64,000 nucleotides of DNA from Candidatus Micrarchaeia archaeon (GTDB lineage Archaea; Micrarchaeota; Micrarchaeia; Burarchaeales; JACRGF01), in the NCBI GenBank assembly GCA_038890815.1, contig JAWAFC010000007.1:8370-72369 (forward strand), in the 5' to 3' direction. The translations under genes and the position numbers were made by a program. The notes beneath the pieces were generated by a model. That model made no database searches. It was not told the origin of the DNA and was given only the letters and a program-made list of their open reading frames with translations. This document shows, in pieces, positions 9,531 to 22,628 of this stretch; positions within the stretch are counted from its first letter, which is position 1; every line of letters starts with the position of its first letter.

Positions 9531-11375
9531 TTGCTGAAGCCGGCCAGCATGGCTCGCGTCCGCATAATCGGCGCGAGGGAGCGCATCGACGATGTCATCC
9601 GCACCCTCCACAACCTCGGGGCCGTGCAGGTCGAGGATATTGGAGAGAGCCTTCCATCGTATGGCGGGATGCTGGTGCAGGCCGCGCCGCTTGAGCGGTT
9701 TGCCGAAATAAGCGAGCAACTTGTCAAACTCAGGGGGCTTGAGGCCATTCTCGGAAAGCACGAGCCTCCCAGCCCAAAGCACATTTCTTTTGAGGAGGCT
9801 ATGGCCAGAGCGCGCAGAATTAATGCGGACGACCGACCATTCCGGCTTGCCCGCGAGCTCGAGGCGGCGAGAGAGAAAGAGAACAGGTTGCGGGAGGAGC
9901 TCGCAGCGCTCAGGCCGCTCCAGCATTTTGAAATTGACTTCTCAAAGTTGGTCTGCCCGCGCGTGGAGGTTTTTGCCGGCACAACTCCAGCGCTCGCCAG
10001 GCTCGAGAGCGCGCTGAAAAGCGAGCTCGGGAAAGGCTACCAGCTCGTCCACCGACCGTTTGAGGGCAGGGAAGCCATCGTGCTGGTTGTGGATAGGGAG
10101 AAGAGCGCGGGGGCGCTCAAAGCGCTGGCCGCTGCCGGCTTTGTCAGGATTGACATTCCAGCCGGTATGAGCCGGTCCGCCTCTCGCATTGCCGAGCTTC
10201 GCGAGGAGCTTCTGGCCACTATAGAGAGGAGGACCGCGCTTGAGAAGGAAGCCCAGGCCCTCTACGCAAACCTCTGGCGCGAGCTCGTGCCCGTGCGCGA
10301 AGCGCTGGAGATAGAGGCGAGGCGGGCTGAGATCGCCGCGCGTTTCGGCAAGAGCGAAAACATTTTCGTCGTGGAGGGGTGGGTGAAGGAAAGCGACCTC
10401 GCGGCAGTGCAACGCGCGGTGGAGAAGGCCGCCAGGGGGAAGGCGTTCCTGGAGCGCATTCCGGGCAGGGGGCTGCCACCCACTGCGCTTGCCAATCCGG
10501 AACCGATACGGAATTTTGAGGACCTCGCCACCTTCGTCACGCTTCCAAAGAGCAATGAGTTCGACCCCACAGCTGTGTATGCAGTGATGTTCCCCATCCT
10601 CTACGGCCTCATGTTGGGTGATGTGGGATACGGCGCGCTCGTGCTGGCTCTCGGCCTGGCCGGCTACTGGAGGACGAGCGGCCTGCTGAAGAGATTCTCT
10701 TTCGTGCTCATCCCCGCCGGCTTCTGGAGCATTGTTTTCGGGCTGCTGTTCGGCGAGGTGCTTGGGTTTGAATGGCCTTCCCTCCTCTCGCGCATTGAGA
10801 ACATCACCATGCTGCTGCTCATCACCATAGGGTTCGGAGCGGTGCATCTCGCGGTTGGCTTTTTCCTCGGCTTCCTCAAGGCCTGGGAGCACCGGCATTA
10901 CACACATGCGGCCGCAAAGCTGGCCTGGATTGTGCTCGAGGTTGGTGGCGCGCTGCTCTTCTATGGCGTGGCTTACGGCGGGGGTAGCGCCGCGCTGGCC
11001 GCAGGAGGCCTCCTGGCAGCCCTAGCTGTCGTTGTCATACTTTTCGGCGAGGGGATGTATGGCGCGGTCGAGATTCCGGGTCTCATCGGCAACACGCTCT
11101 CCTATGCGCGGATGGCGGCTGTGGGGCTTTCCTCGCTGGCGCTCGCGTTGGTTTTAAATATTTTCAAGCCAGATTTAAGCCAAGGGCCACTCGTGCTGCT
11201 GTTCGCTGCGGTTTGGGTGGCCGGGCATCTCTTGAACCTCGCGCTCGGCGTATTCGAGCCCTTCGTGCAGGGCTCAAGGTTGCACTATGTGGAGCAATTC
11301 ACCAAATTCCTCGAGGGCGGCGGGGTGGCGTTCGCCCCCTTCAGGTGTGAAAGAAGATATACTGCTGAAAGGTAG
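9531..11375 (+). CDS. atpI: A-type ATP synthase subunit I (a)
   Basis: DPT..., MLGDVGYG, NTLSYARMAA, RLHYVEQFTKF. Confidence 0.97.
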   Translation: MLKPASMARVRIIGARERIDDVIRTLHNLGAVQVEDIGESLPSYGGMLVQAAPLERFAEISEQLVKLRGLEAILGKHEPPSPKHISFEEAMARARRINADDRPFRLARELEAAREKENRLREELAALRPLQHFEIDFSKLVCPRVEVFAGTTPALARLESALKSELGKGYQLVHRPFEGREAIVLVVDREKSAGALKALAAAGFVRIDIPAGMSRSASRIAELREELLATIERRTALEKEAQALYANLWRELVPVREALEIEARRAEIAARFGKSENIFVVEGWVKESDLAAVQRAVEKAARGKAFLERIPGRGLPPTALANPEPIRNFEDLATFVTLPKSNEFDPTAVYAVMFPILYGLMLGDVGYGALVLALGLAGYWRTSGLLKRFSFVLIPAGFWSIVFGLLFGEVLGFEWPSLLSRIENITMLLLITIGFGAVHLAVGFFLGFLKAWEHRHYTHAAAKLAWIVLEVGGALLFYGVAYGGGSAALAAGGLLAALAVVVILFGEGMYGAVEIPGLIGNTLSYARMAAVGLSSLALALVLNIFKPDLSQGPLVLLFAAVWVAGHLLNLALGVFEPFVQGSRLHYVEQFTKFLEGGGVAFAPFRCERRYTAER

Positions 11376-11388
11376 TGAGGTGGTTTGA

Positions 11389-11643
11389 GTGGTCGAAATA
11401 GGAATAGGAATAGGACTTGTGGCCATTGCCGCGGCCGTAGCCATGGCTGCTGGCGCTTTCGCCACGGCCATGGTGCAGAGTGCAATCGGAAGCGCGGGCG
11501 TCGGGGCGATAAGCGAGAAGCCCGAGGTTTCGGGAAACGTGCTGCTCTACCTCGTCATTCCCGAGACCATCGTGATCTTCTCGTTCGTCATCGCCATACT
11601 CACGCTGCTGTGGCTCGGCCAGGGAGCGCTCGCTGCAGAATAG
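11389..11643 (+). CDS. atpK: A-type ATP synthase subunit K (c), single hairpin
   Basis: Two TM helices; IPETIVIF carries the essential Glu. Confidence 0.95.
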   Translation: MVEIGIGIGLVAIAAAVAMAAGAFATAMVQSAIGSAGVGAISEKPEVSGNVLLYLVIPETIVIFSFVIAILTLLWLGQGALAAE

Positions 11644-11676
11644 GCGAGAGGCATCGCCTGTGTGCGAGGCGCCTGA

Positions 11677-12261
11677 ATGGGACTCGAAGAGCTAAAGCAG
11701 GGGATTCTGCGCAAGGCTGAGGAGGAAGCTCAGGCCATACGAAGGAAGGCCGAGGCTGAGGCCCGCGAGATCGTCTCGCAGGCCGAGAAAAGGCGGGAGG
11801 AGGCCATGGAGGCAGCGAGGAGGGAGGCAAACGAGACTCTCGAGAGGGAGAAAAGGGAGCGCCTCTCAACCGCAAGGCTCGAGTCAAGGCTCATCCTGGC
11901 GGCAGCACGCGAGGAGATGCTGAGTGCCGTGGAGGAGGAGATCTGGAAGGAGCTCGCTGCCTTCAGGAAGAAAAAGGAATACGCGGGCTTTCTCGAGCGC
12001 GCCATACGGGCGGGCGTGAGGGAAATTGGCGAGAATGCTGTGGTGTTTGTCTGCAAAGATGACCATCAGCTAGCCAAAAAAATCATCTCAGAGAAAAAGA
12101 TACCCGCCGCGCTCTCCCCCAAACCCGTCGATGTGCTGGGAGGGGCCATAGTGGCCTCCGAGGACGGGCGCGTGAGGTGCGATGCCTCCTTCGCTGCGCT
12201 CATGAACAATGCAAGGGAAGAAATCCGCAAGCTTGTCTTCGCCTCACTTTTCGGGCAGTGA
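11677..12261 (+). CDS. atpE: A-type ATP synthase subunit E
   Basis: MGLEELKQGIL, coiled coil, LGGAIVASEDG; operon position. Confidence 0.93.
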   Translation: MGLEELKQGILRKAEEEAQAIRRKAEAEAREIVSQAEKRREEAMEAARREANETLEREKRERLSTARLESRLILAAAREEMLSAVEEEIWKELAAFRKKKEYAGFLERAIRAGVREIGENAVVFVCKDDHQLAKKIISEKKIPAALSPKPVDVLGGAIVASEDGRVRCDASFAALMNNAREEIRKLVFASLFGQ

Positions 12262-12265
12262 TGCC

Positions 12266-13312
12266 ATGCTGTTGGTCAGGCGCGCGCTCGTGTATGGGTA
12301 TGCCAATGCCAGAACAAAAGCCATGAAAGCCCTGCTGCTTCCGGCCACCAGGATAAGGGAGATGGTGAGCGTGAGAACACCTGAGGAGGTTGCCGAACTC
12401 ATGCAGGAGACGCCCTACAAAGAGGACATCACCGCGCTGTCAGCCACCTATGCGGGCGCAGAGCTCGTGGAGAGGGCGCTCTCGCGCAATTTGCTCAGAA
12501 CAGCCAATAAACTGCTGCGCATCACCCCCCCGCAAGGTCGGGAAGTGCTGTGGAGGCTGCTGCGCAGGTGGGATGTGAGCGATCTGAAGATGCTTTTTGT
12601 GGCGAAGCATACCGGCCAGCCGAACACCGTGCTCGAAGGCCGCCTGGTGGGGCTTGGGCCCGCCGGTAGGCTCGCCCGCCTGCTCCAGGCGAAGGATGTG
12701 CCCTCACTTGTCGAGGAGCTCGAGCCAGACTATCGGAGCGAGCTCGCACCCATGCTCAAAGAATACGCCGCCTCGCACGACATCCTGCTCCTCATAAACG
12801 CGCTCGACAGGTTTTATTTCACCAACCTCGCCCAGAGCGCGGAGATCACTGATGAGCCAGCCGTGGCAGCGCTCATCAAAAACGAAATAGATGCAAAAAA
12901 CATCTCCACCATACTGCGCGCCAAATCGGCCGGCGTGCCGGCGCAGAAGATCGCCGAGCTGCTCATCCCCGGCGGGAACATAAAATTGAGCGCGCTCGAG
13001 GAGGCAGCCGCGGCGGCCGATGTCAAGGGCGCGGCCACGCTCCTGCAGAAAGCCGCACGGATCGACTTTTCGGATGCGCTTGCGAAATACACCGCAACGG
13101 GCTCCATCGCGCATTTCGAAATCGCTCTGGAGAAAACCATCATGCGGCGCGTCGTCAAAACCATGCGCCTCGCCGTGCTGTCGCTCGCGGCCATCCTCAG
13201 CTTCCTCTATCTGAAGGAGATGGAGGTGGGCAACATCCGCAAGATAGTCCGCGGCAAGGAGTACGAGCTGCCGCGCGAGAAAATTGAAGAAATGATATAC
13301 GTTGTGGGCTGA
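12266..13312 (+). CDS. atpC: A-type ATP synthase subunit C
   Basis: YGYANARTKAMK, EIDAKNI, KEMEVGNIRKIVRGK. Confidence 0.93.
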   Translation: MLLVRRALVYGYANARTKAMKALLLPATRIREMVSVRTPEEVAELMQETPYKEDITALSATYAGAELVERALSRNLLRTANKLLRITPPQGREVLWRLLRRWDVSDLKMLFVAKHTGQPNTVLEGRLVGLGPAGRLARLLQAKDVPSLVEELEPDYRSELAPMLKEYAASHDILLLINALDRFYFTNLAQSAEITDEPAVAALIKNEIDAKNISTILRAKSAGVPAQKIAELLIPGGNIKLSALEEAAAAADVKGAATLLQKAARIDFSDALAKYTATGSIAHFEIALEKTIMRRVVKTMRLAVLSLAAILSFLYLKEMEVGNIRKIVRGKEYELPREKIEEMIYVVG

Positions 13313-13316
13313 TGGC

Positions 13317-13637
13317 ATGGAAAGCGAGAAGATCGTCGTGGTGGGCGATGCGCCCACGGTCATGGGTTTCCGCCTTGCTGGCGTGAGCGAGGCCCACGTG
13401 GCGAGCGGGAAAGAGGCAGAGAGGAAGCTCGAGGAGCTGCTGGCCAGGCCCGATGTAGGTATAGTGATAATCAACGAGAACCTCCTCGCTGACATGGACT
13501 GGAAGCTCAGGAAACGCATCGAGACGCTGGCCAAGCCCACTGTCATCACAGTTCCGAACTACAAAGGGGAGGTTGTGGAGGCCGCCTCGCTCAAGGCGCT
13601 CGTCAGACGTGCGCTTGGCTTCGAGCTGATAAAATAG
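13317..13637 (+). CDS. atpF: A-type ATP synthase subunit F
   Basis: [19 protein letters not shown]...VRRALGFEL. Confidence 0.95.
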   Translation: MESEKIVVVGDAPTVMGFRLAGVSEAHVASGKEAERKLEELLARPDVGIVIINENLLADMDWKLRKRIETLAKPTVITVPNYKGEVVEAASLKALVRRALGFELIK

Positions 13638-13645
13638 GTGATGCC

Positions 13646-15409
<1,764 letters not shown>

Positions 15410-15419
15410 AGGTGATGGC

Positions 15420-16937
<1,518 letters not shown>

Positions 16938-16942
16938 CTCAC

Positions 16943-17590
16943 ATGGCAGAGCAATTCAACCCAACGCGCATGGAGCTCCTCAAGGCCAAGGAGCGCATCA
17001 AGCTCGCTCTCAAAGGCCATCGGCTTCTCAAGCAGAAGCGCGATGCGCTCATCCTTGAGTTCTTCCGCATTCTCGAAAAGGCCAAGGACTTGAGGGGAGA
17101 GCTCAACCGGCGCATGGCCAGCGCCTTTCAATCGCTCGCCATCGCGCAGGCCTACCATGGTATATACGAGCTGGAGGCTGCCGCGCTCGCGGTCAAGCGC
17201 GCGCCTGCGGTCAGCGTGAGCGTTCGAAATGTCATGGGGGTGAAGATCCCCTCCGTGGCAGCCCAAGAAGTTCACAAGGGCTTTTTCGACAGGGGATACG
17301 GCGTGCTCGGCTCTTCCGCAAAGATCGATGAAGCTGTGGTCGGCTTTGAAAACGCGCTCGACATGGTCATCAAGCTCGCAGAGACTGAGAATGCGCTTAA
17401 GCGCCTCATCCGTGAAATCGAGAAAACAAAGAGGCGCGTGAATGCCCTGGAGTACATACTCATTCCCCGCCTCCAGGCACAGGCCAAGGCCATCCTCTTC
17501 CGCCTCGATGAGATGGAGAGGGAAAGCTTTTTCACGCTCAAAGTCATCAAGAAAAAGCTGGAGAAAAAAGCCGAAGCCGAAAGCGGTTGA
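16943..17590 (+). CDS. atpD: A-type ATP synthase subunit D
   Basis: PTRMELL, LLKQKRDAL, EIEKTKRRVNALE. Confidence 0.98.
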   Translation: MAEQFNPTRMELLKAKERIKLALKGHRLLKQKRDALILEFFRILEKAKDLRGELNRRMASAFQSLAIAQAYHGIYELEAAALAVKRAPAVSVSVRNVMGVKIPSVAAQEVHKGFFDRGYGVLGSSAKIDEAVVGFENALDMVIKLAETENALKRLIREIEKTKRRVNALEYILIPRLQAQAKAILFRLDEMERESFFTLKVIKKKLEKKAEAESG

Positions 17591-17898
17591 AACCCGCAGG
17601 TTTAAAAAAGAGGTTTCGTTATCACTACGTTCCTAGAGGCAAGCCACTGGGTCCGGCGCATCTCCCTGCTCTGCGCATTTCGGTTCATGCAAAAAAACCT
17701 GCTAAATGTGATATCAGTTTCAAACTCGGACATACAATAGCAAGATCGACCATTCCGATAAAAGTATTGTACGATAAGGAAAACTATGATTTGCCGGTAT
17801 TGCTTGGCCGCGCCGGATTTCCGGATCACTTCATACTGATATTAAACGAAGCTGAAAAAGAGTTTGCTCTCCAAAAGATAACCAGAAGAATGATCTGA
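17587..17898 (+). pseudogene. Probable internally deleted retropepsin-like aspartic protease remnant
   Basis: N-terminal F-R-Y and C-terminal VLLGRAGF.DHF.L.L.E resemble archaeal retropepsin-like proteins, but no D-[ST]-G motif; AT-rich. Confidence 0.45.
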
Positions 17899-17901
17899 AA
17901 G

Positions 17902-19290
17902 GTGAGATGGATGAACGCAAGGGCGGGATTATTCTCTGTAGCGTCGCTCGCCATTCTTTTCCTCGGCTGCCTAGCCCAGCCTCCGGCTCAGAACATAACC
18001 GCCAACATCACCCCGCAAAATGCTACCCCGCCCGCCAACCTCACGCCCGCCCCGCCCATCAACATAACCCTGCCTTCTCCGCCCGCCCCCGCCAACATCA
18101 CTCCCCACCCGCCCGCTCGGCCAGCCCCGCCGGCTGGCAATCTCACCTTTCACTTCATCGATGTGGGCCAGGGCGATGCAATCTTCGTCGTTCTCCCGAA
18201 CAACAAATCCTTCCTCGTTGATGCCGGGCCCAGTAAGGCAAAGAGCAAGCTCATCGATTACCTGCTCCTGCACGGCGGAGAGCGGCTTTCCTTCACGCTC
18301 GCCACCCATCCCGATGCCGACCACATCGGCGGAATGAAAGAAGTGATAGCAAACTTCCCCTCCCTCCTTCACTACTTCAACGGCCAGCTCAAGCAGACGA
18401 TAACCTTTGCCGAGCTCACCGCCTTTCTCGACAGGCGCGGCATTCCCGTGCGCACGGTGAGGGCGGGCGATGTGCTGGTGAATGAGAGCGGGGTGAGCGT
18501 GCTCGTGCTGAACCCGCCACAGCCCGCGCCCCAGCACATTCCGGATGCCGAGACAAATCGCTACAGCATTGTCCTCAAGGTCTCCTATGGCGATGTGTGC
18601 GCGCTGCTCGCCGGCGATGTCGATGAGGCTGGCGAGCTGGCCATCCTGCAGGGAGGCTTCCAAATAACCTGCCAGATTCTTAAAGTCGCCCACCACGGCT
18701 CGGCCTCCTCCTCGAGCGATGCCTTCCTCATCGCCGTGCAGCCGAAGATTGCGGTCATCTCTGTTGGCGCGAACAACTCTTACGGCCATCCGCACGAGCA
18801 GACCCTACGCAGGCTGGCCGGCCTGAATGCGAGCATCTATAGGACGGACCTGCAGGGAACAATCGTCATCACCACAGACGGCTCGACCTTCGCAGTATAC
18901 CCCGAGCGGCCTCTTCCAAACGCCTCTGCCGCTCCTCCCTCGCCTTCCTCCTCCTGCATCCGCCTCGCGCTCGCGCATTACGACGCCGCGGGCAACGATC
19001 TCACCAACCTGAATGACGAATACATTGTTTTCGAGAATGTCTGCGACCGAAATATCGAGCTGGCAGGCTGGCGCCTCGAGGATGCCGCCGGCAACCGCTA
19101 CAGCTTCCCTCCCTACTTGTTGCTCGCGCACTCTACGCTCTCAATTCACTCGGGCTGCGGCGAAGACAACACGCCCAATATCTATTGGTGCTCGCCCAAT
19201 CCAATCTGGAATAACGATGGTGATGTGATTTACCTGTTCGATAAGGATGGGGCGCTCGCGCTCAGGTACGCATACGGCGCGGCGAGCTAG
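17902..19290 (+). CDS. Lipoprotein: ComEC/Rec2-like metallo-beta-lactamase nuclease + lamin-tail domain
   Basis: LFLGC lipobox-like, DVGQGDA, THPDADHIGG, LKVAHHGS, YGHPH; C-terminal NDEYIVFEN...IWNNDGD. Confidence 0.9.
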   Translation: MRWMNARAGLFSVASLAILFLGCLAQPPAQNITANITPQNATPPANLTPAPPINITLPSPPAPANITPHPPARPAPPAGNLTFHFIDVGQGDAIFVVLPNNKSFLVDAGPSKAKSKLIDYLLLHGGERLSFTLATHPDADHIGGMKEVIANFPSLLHYFNGQLKQTITFAELTAFLDRRGIPVRTVRAGDVLVNESGVSVLVLNPPQPAPQHIPDAETNRYSIVLKVSYGDVCALLAGDVDEAGELAILQGGFQITCQILKVAHHGSASSSSDAFLIAVQPKIAVISVGANNSYGHPHEQTLRRLAGLNASIYRTDLQGTIVITTDGSTFAVYPERPLPNASAAPPSPSSSCIRLALAHYDAAGNDLTNLNDEYIVFENVCDRNIELAGWRLEDAAGNRYSFPPYLLLAHSTLSIHSGCGEDNTPNIYWCSPNPIWNNDGDVIYLFDKDGALALRYAYGAAS

Positions 19291-19729
19291 GCTTGGAGAC
19301 ACTGGCTATGGCCGCATCTATGCGCCTGTCGGTCTCGGGCGAGGGATGTAACCGCTTATAATACTCGAGCGCCTCGCGTGCGGCGAACGAGCTCTCCTCA
19401 TCATTAAGCTGCTCGATGAGGAAGGTCAGCGCCGCTTCACCGCCGATCTTAGCGAGCGCGTGGAAGGCATCGAGCTTGAACCGCGTTGTTTCCCTGGCAA
19501 CCTCGATGAGAAAATTCACAGTGCTTTCATCGCCGTGTGCGCCGAGGAACTTAAACGCACTCATTATGCGGTCCACGCGCCTCCCGTGCCGCGTGGCGAT
19601 GATGTACATCTCCCAAGCCAGCCTCGCGCGCATGACGCGCTCCTGCATGGCATCCCGCAGGCGCCTGAAGAAATCCCTCACCGGAGCCGGCCTGGGCGCG
19701 CCGGCCTCTGTCTTTTGCTTTGAGAGCAT
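19262..19729 (-). CDS. HEAT/PBS-lyase-repeat protein
   Basis: LGAHGDESTVNFLIE / ALAKIGGEAALTFLIEQLND repeats. Confidence 0.7.
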   Translation of the reverse strand: MLSKQKTEAGAPRPAPVRDFFRRLRDAMQERVMRARLAWEMYIIATRHGRRVDRIMSAFKFLGAHGDESTVNFLIEVARETTRFKLDAFHALAKIGGEAALTFLIEQLNDEESSFAAREALEYYKRLHPSPETDRRIDAAIASVSKPSSPRRMRT

Positions 19730-19800
19730 GCATTTATTTTGGCTTTCCGGATATAAAAACCCAGCTTACGCAAATTTTCTCGCCCACGAGCTCGCGCAAG

Positions 19801-19953
19801 TTATTCTCGCCCGAAAATCCGCTTGAGAAAACCGACTGCCCTCTCCCACAGCCCTTTCTTCCGCCTGAAGTCCTCGCTCGCATGCACCCTTTCTCTCTCG
19901 TACTTCTGCCAGTGCTCGCGGAGGGCGCGCCACGAGCGCTCATGTTCTGCCAT
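19801..19953 (-). CDS. Small protein (50 aa) with C-terminal amphipathic helix
   Basis: MAEHERSW...KKGLWERAVGFLKRIFGRE; TTTAAG ~25 nt upstream; fills an intergenic gap. Confidence 0.6.
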   Translation of the reverse strand: MAEHERSWRALREHWQKYERERVHASEDFRRKKGLWERAVGFLKRIFGRE

Positions 19954-20001
19954 GATACAATTTGTGATAACGAACTTAAAGCTTGAGCCGCCAATCCGCT
20001 C

Positions 20002-20682
20002 GTGCGCGTTGCCGTTCTCTTCTCCGGCGGTAAGGACTCCACGCTCGCGGCCTGGCTCGCGCTGAGCCAGGGGTGGGAGATCGCCTGCCTGCTGACCATG
20101 CTCCCCGCGCGGGCTGATTCCTTCATGTTCCACCACCCGAATGTGAAGTGGTGCGGGCTGCAGGCCGAGGCGATGGGTGTGGAGTGGGCGAGGGCGAAAA
20201 CGAGCGGCGAGAGGGAATTGGAGGTTGCGGAGCTAGGGCGAGTGCTGCAGAGGCTCAAGCCAGCACTGCGACTTGATGGGGTTGTTTCCGGCGCGCTGGC
20301 CAGCGAGTATCAGAAGGAAAAAATCGACAGCGTGTGCGAGGAGCTGGGGCTGAGGAGCTTCGCCCCTCTCTGGCATAAGGGAGGCGAGAGCGTTTTGCGC
20401 GAGCTCGTGGGCGCGGGGTGGGAGATATTTGTGAGCGCCGTGGCGGCCGAAGGCCTTGACAGGGAATGGCTGGGCAGAAAGCTCGATGACAAAGCCATCG
20501 AGGAGCTTGCAGCCATCAGCCGCGCCCGCGGCATTCACGTCGGTTTTGAGGGCGGCGAGGGCGAGACGTTCGTCGCATTCGCCCCCGGCTTATTCAGGCG
20601 ACGAGTGAAGGTAACGAGGGCTCGGGCCGTGTGGACCGGTAGCTCGGGCGCATGGCTCATCGAGCGCGCAGTGCTCGCCTAG
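20002..20682 (+). CDS. dph6: Diphthine--ammonia ligase
   Basis: LFSGGKDS PP-loop, SFMFH, GALASEYQ, FAPLW, EGGEGET. Confidence 0.93.
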   Translation: MRVAVLFSGGKDSTLAAWLALSQGWEIACLLTMLPARADSFMFHHPNVKWCGLQAEAMGVEWARAKTSGERELEVAELGRVLQRLKPALRLDGVVSGALASEYQKEKIDSVCEELGLRSFAPLWHKGGESVLRELVGAGWEIFVSAVAAEGLDREWLGRKLDDKAIEELAAISRARGIHVGFEGGEGETFVAFAPGLFRRRVKVTRARAVWTGSSGAWLIERAVLA

Positions 20683-21332
20683 CTGCCCACCGCCTCGAGC
20701 CTCTGTATTATTCTGTCGAGCTGCGGCCAGGCCTCACCCGGCTTTACTGTCGTGGTGAGTGTGGCGGTGAGTGGAGCGGTCTCGCGGACGGTCAGCTTGT
20801 AGGTGGGCGGAACACGCGTGAGGTCAGCCCGCAACGGCTGCTCGATGTGCGCGCTTCCATTAAACTTCACGTCGACCACTCCATAAAAGGGAAGGTTTGC
20901 CTTGCCCGTGCCCTCGATGGGCAACTCAGCGCGAAGCGGGATTTCGAACGACTCCCGCAGCGCCTGGTTCAGGGGCACATCGAACGATACAACCGCCTCC
21001 CCCCTCGCCTGCGAGGTGAAGGTTGCCGGAGCATCGCGCAGGGCTCGTAGCTCCTGTGCGATGGCTCTGGCCTCGGCCTTGAGCGCGCCCATCCCCGAGA
21101 AAGCAAGATAGGCGAGGACAAGCGCCGCGAACGCCACGACGAGCGCGAGGAGGGTCAGCTTGTTCTGCAGCTCGGCTTCGAGCGGCTGCGCAGCCCTCTC
21201 CTCCTTCGCCGGCCTTTCAGGCAATTCTTCTTCTTTAAAGAATGGCGTGGGAGGAGCTTTCTCTCCTTTCTCCTTCTCAATCTTCTTTCTGAACCCGCTA
21301 GGAAGTGTCGAAATTTTCTTTTCTTCAGCCAT
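20679..21332 (-). CDS. Hypothetical single-pass membrane protein
   Basis: Charged N-terminus, one TM, beta-rich C-terminal part. Confidence 0.7.
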   Translation of the reverse strand: MAEEKKISTLPSGFRKKIEKEKGEKAPPTPFFKEEELPERPAKEERAAQPLEAELQNKLTLLALVVAFAALVLAYLAFSGMGALKAEARAIAQELRALRDAPATFTSQARGEAVVSFDVPLNQALRESFEIPLRAELPIEGTGKANLPFYGVVDVKFNGSAHIEQPLRADLTRVPPTYKLTVRETAPLTATLTTTVKPGEAWPQLDRIIQRLEAVGS

Positions 21333-21341
21333 TTAATCACC

Positions 21342-22628
21342 TCATGTGCCTTCCCTCCACTCTTTTAAGTAAAGCTCCTGTTCCCTCGTCAGTGGCCTGA
21401 GCCTCACCCCCTGGCTCTCGAGGGCGAGTCGCGCCACCTCATCGTCAATCTCCTGCGGAACATCCAGAACGCTCGGCTTTTGCCTTTCCCCAGTTGCGAG
21501 CCTCTCCGCGCACAGCGCCTGTAGAGCGAAGCTCCCATCCATTATCTCGATTGGATGCCCCTGACCGCTGGGCCGGGCCAGGTTGACGAGCCTGCCTTCG
21601 GATAGGAGATAGAGGCGCCTGCCGTCTTTGAGCGTGTAGCAGGTGAGGTTTTCCTTGACTTTGGCAACGCGCCGGCTCATCTTCCTCATCGTTGGCTCGT
21701 CTATTTCAACGTTGAAATGGCCTGCGTTCGCAAGGATTGCGCCGTCCTTCATTCTGGCGAAATGCCTTTCTGCGATGACGTGCTTGTTGCCCGTGGCCGT
21801 GATGAAGATATCCCCCTGCGGCGCGGCCTCATCCAGCGACATCACGCGGAAGCCCGAATAGAGCGCCTCAAGCGCCTTGTGATAGCCCGATGGACCGCCA
21901 GCCTGCCTGCCGGCAGCCTCCACCACGATGACATTGGCGCCCAGCCCCCTCAGCCTTTCGGCGATGCCCCGCCCGCACGAGCCGAAGCCGATGACAACTG
22001 CTGTTTTCCCGGCGATGAGTATGTTGGTTGCGCGCATGATGGCATCCACCGTGCTCTGCCCGGTGCCGAATCGGTTGTCAAAAAGGAATTTCGAGTACGC
22101 GTTGTTCACCGCATAAACGGGGAAGGCGAGCCTGCCCGCTGCCTGCATGGCTCGCAGGCGGACCACCCCTGTGGTTGTTTCCTCGCATCCCCCGATCACA
22201 GCCGGCAATGCATCCCTTCTTCTTGTATGCAGCATGCCGATCAAGTCCATGCCATCGTCGATCACTATGTCAGGGCGAAAGCTTATCACTCTGTTTATGT
22301 TGTCGTAATACTCTCGCTCGCTCTCGCCTGCCCAGGCGAACACGGCGATGCGCGGATGGCGGGCGAGCGCTGCCGCCACCCTGTCATCGGTAGTCAGCGG
22401 GTTGCACGATGCCGCTGCCACCCTCGCCCCACCAGCAGCCAGCGTCTCCAACAGAATGCCAGTTTTCTTTTCCAGATGGAGGCACACGCCGATGGTCAGT
22501 CCTCTGAAAGGCCTCTCGTGCTCGAAGCGCGTGCGGATGCGCGCCAGTATGGGCATGTTGGCGCGGGCCCATGCGAGCTCTCTGCTGCCCTCGGCGGCGA
22601 GCTTTGGCTCCTTCACGACGCTTTTCAT
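21342..22628 (-). CDS. ahcY: Adenosylhomocysteinase
   Basis: SCNPLTT, EETTTGV, KFLFDNRFGTGQS, EGRLVNLA, GHPIEIMD. Confidence 0.98.
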   Translation of the reverse strand: MKSVVKEPKLAAEGSRELAWARANMPILARIRTRFEHERPFRGLTIGVCLHLEKKTGILLETLAAGGARVAAASCNPLTTDDRVAAALARHPRIAVFAWAGESEREYYDNINRVISFRPDIVIDDGMDLIGMLHTRRRDALPAVIGGCEETTTGVVRLRAMQAAGRLAFPVYAVNNAYSKFLFDNRFGTGQSTVDAIMRATNILIAGKTAVVIGFGSCGRGIAERLRGLGANVIVVEAAGRQAGGPSGYHKALEALYSGFRVMSLDEAAPQGDIFITATGNKHVIAERHFARMKDGAILANAGHFNVEIDEPTMRKMSRRVAKVKENLTCYTLKDGRRLYLLSEGRLVNLARPSGQGHPIEIMDGSFALQALCAERLATGERQKPSVLDVPQEIDDEVARLALESQGVRLRPLTREQELYLKEWREGT

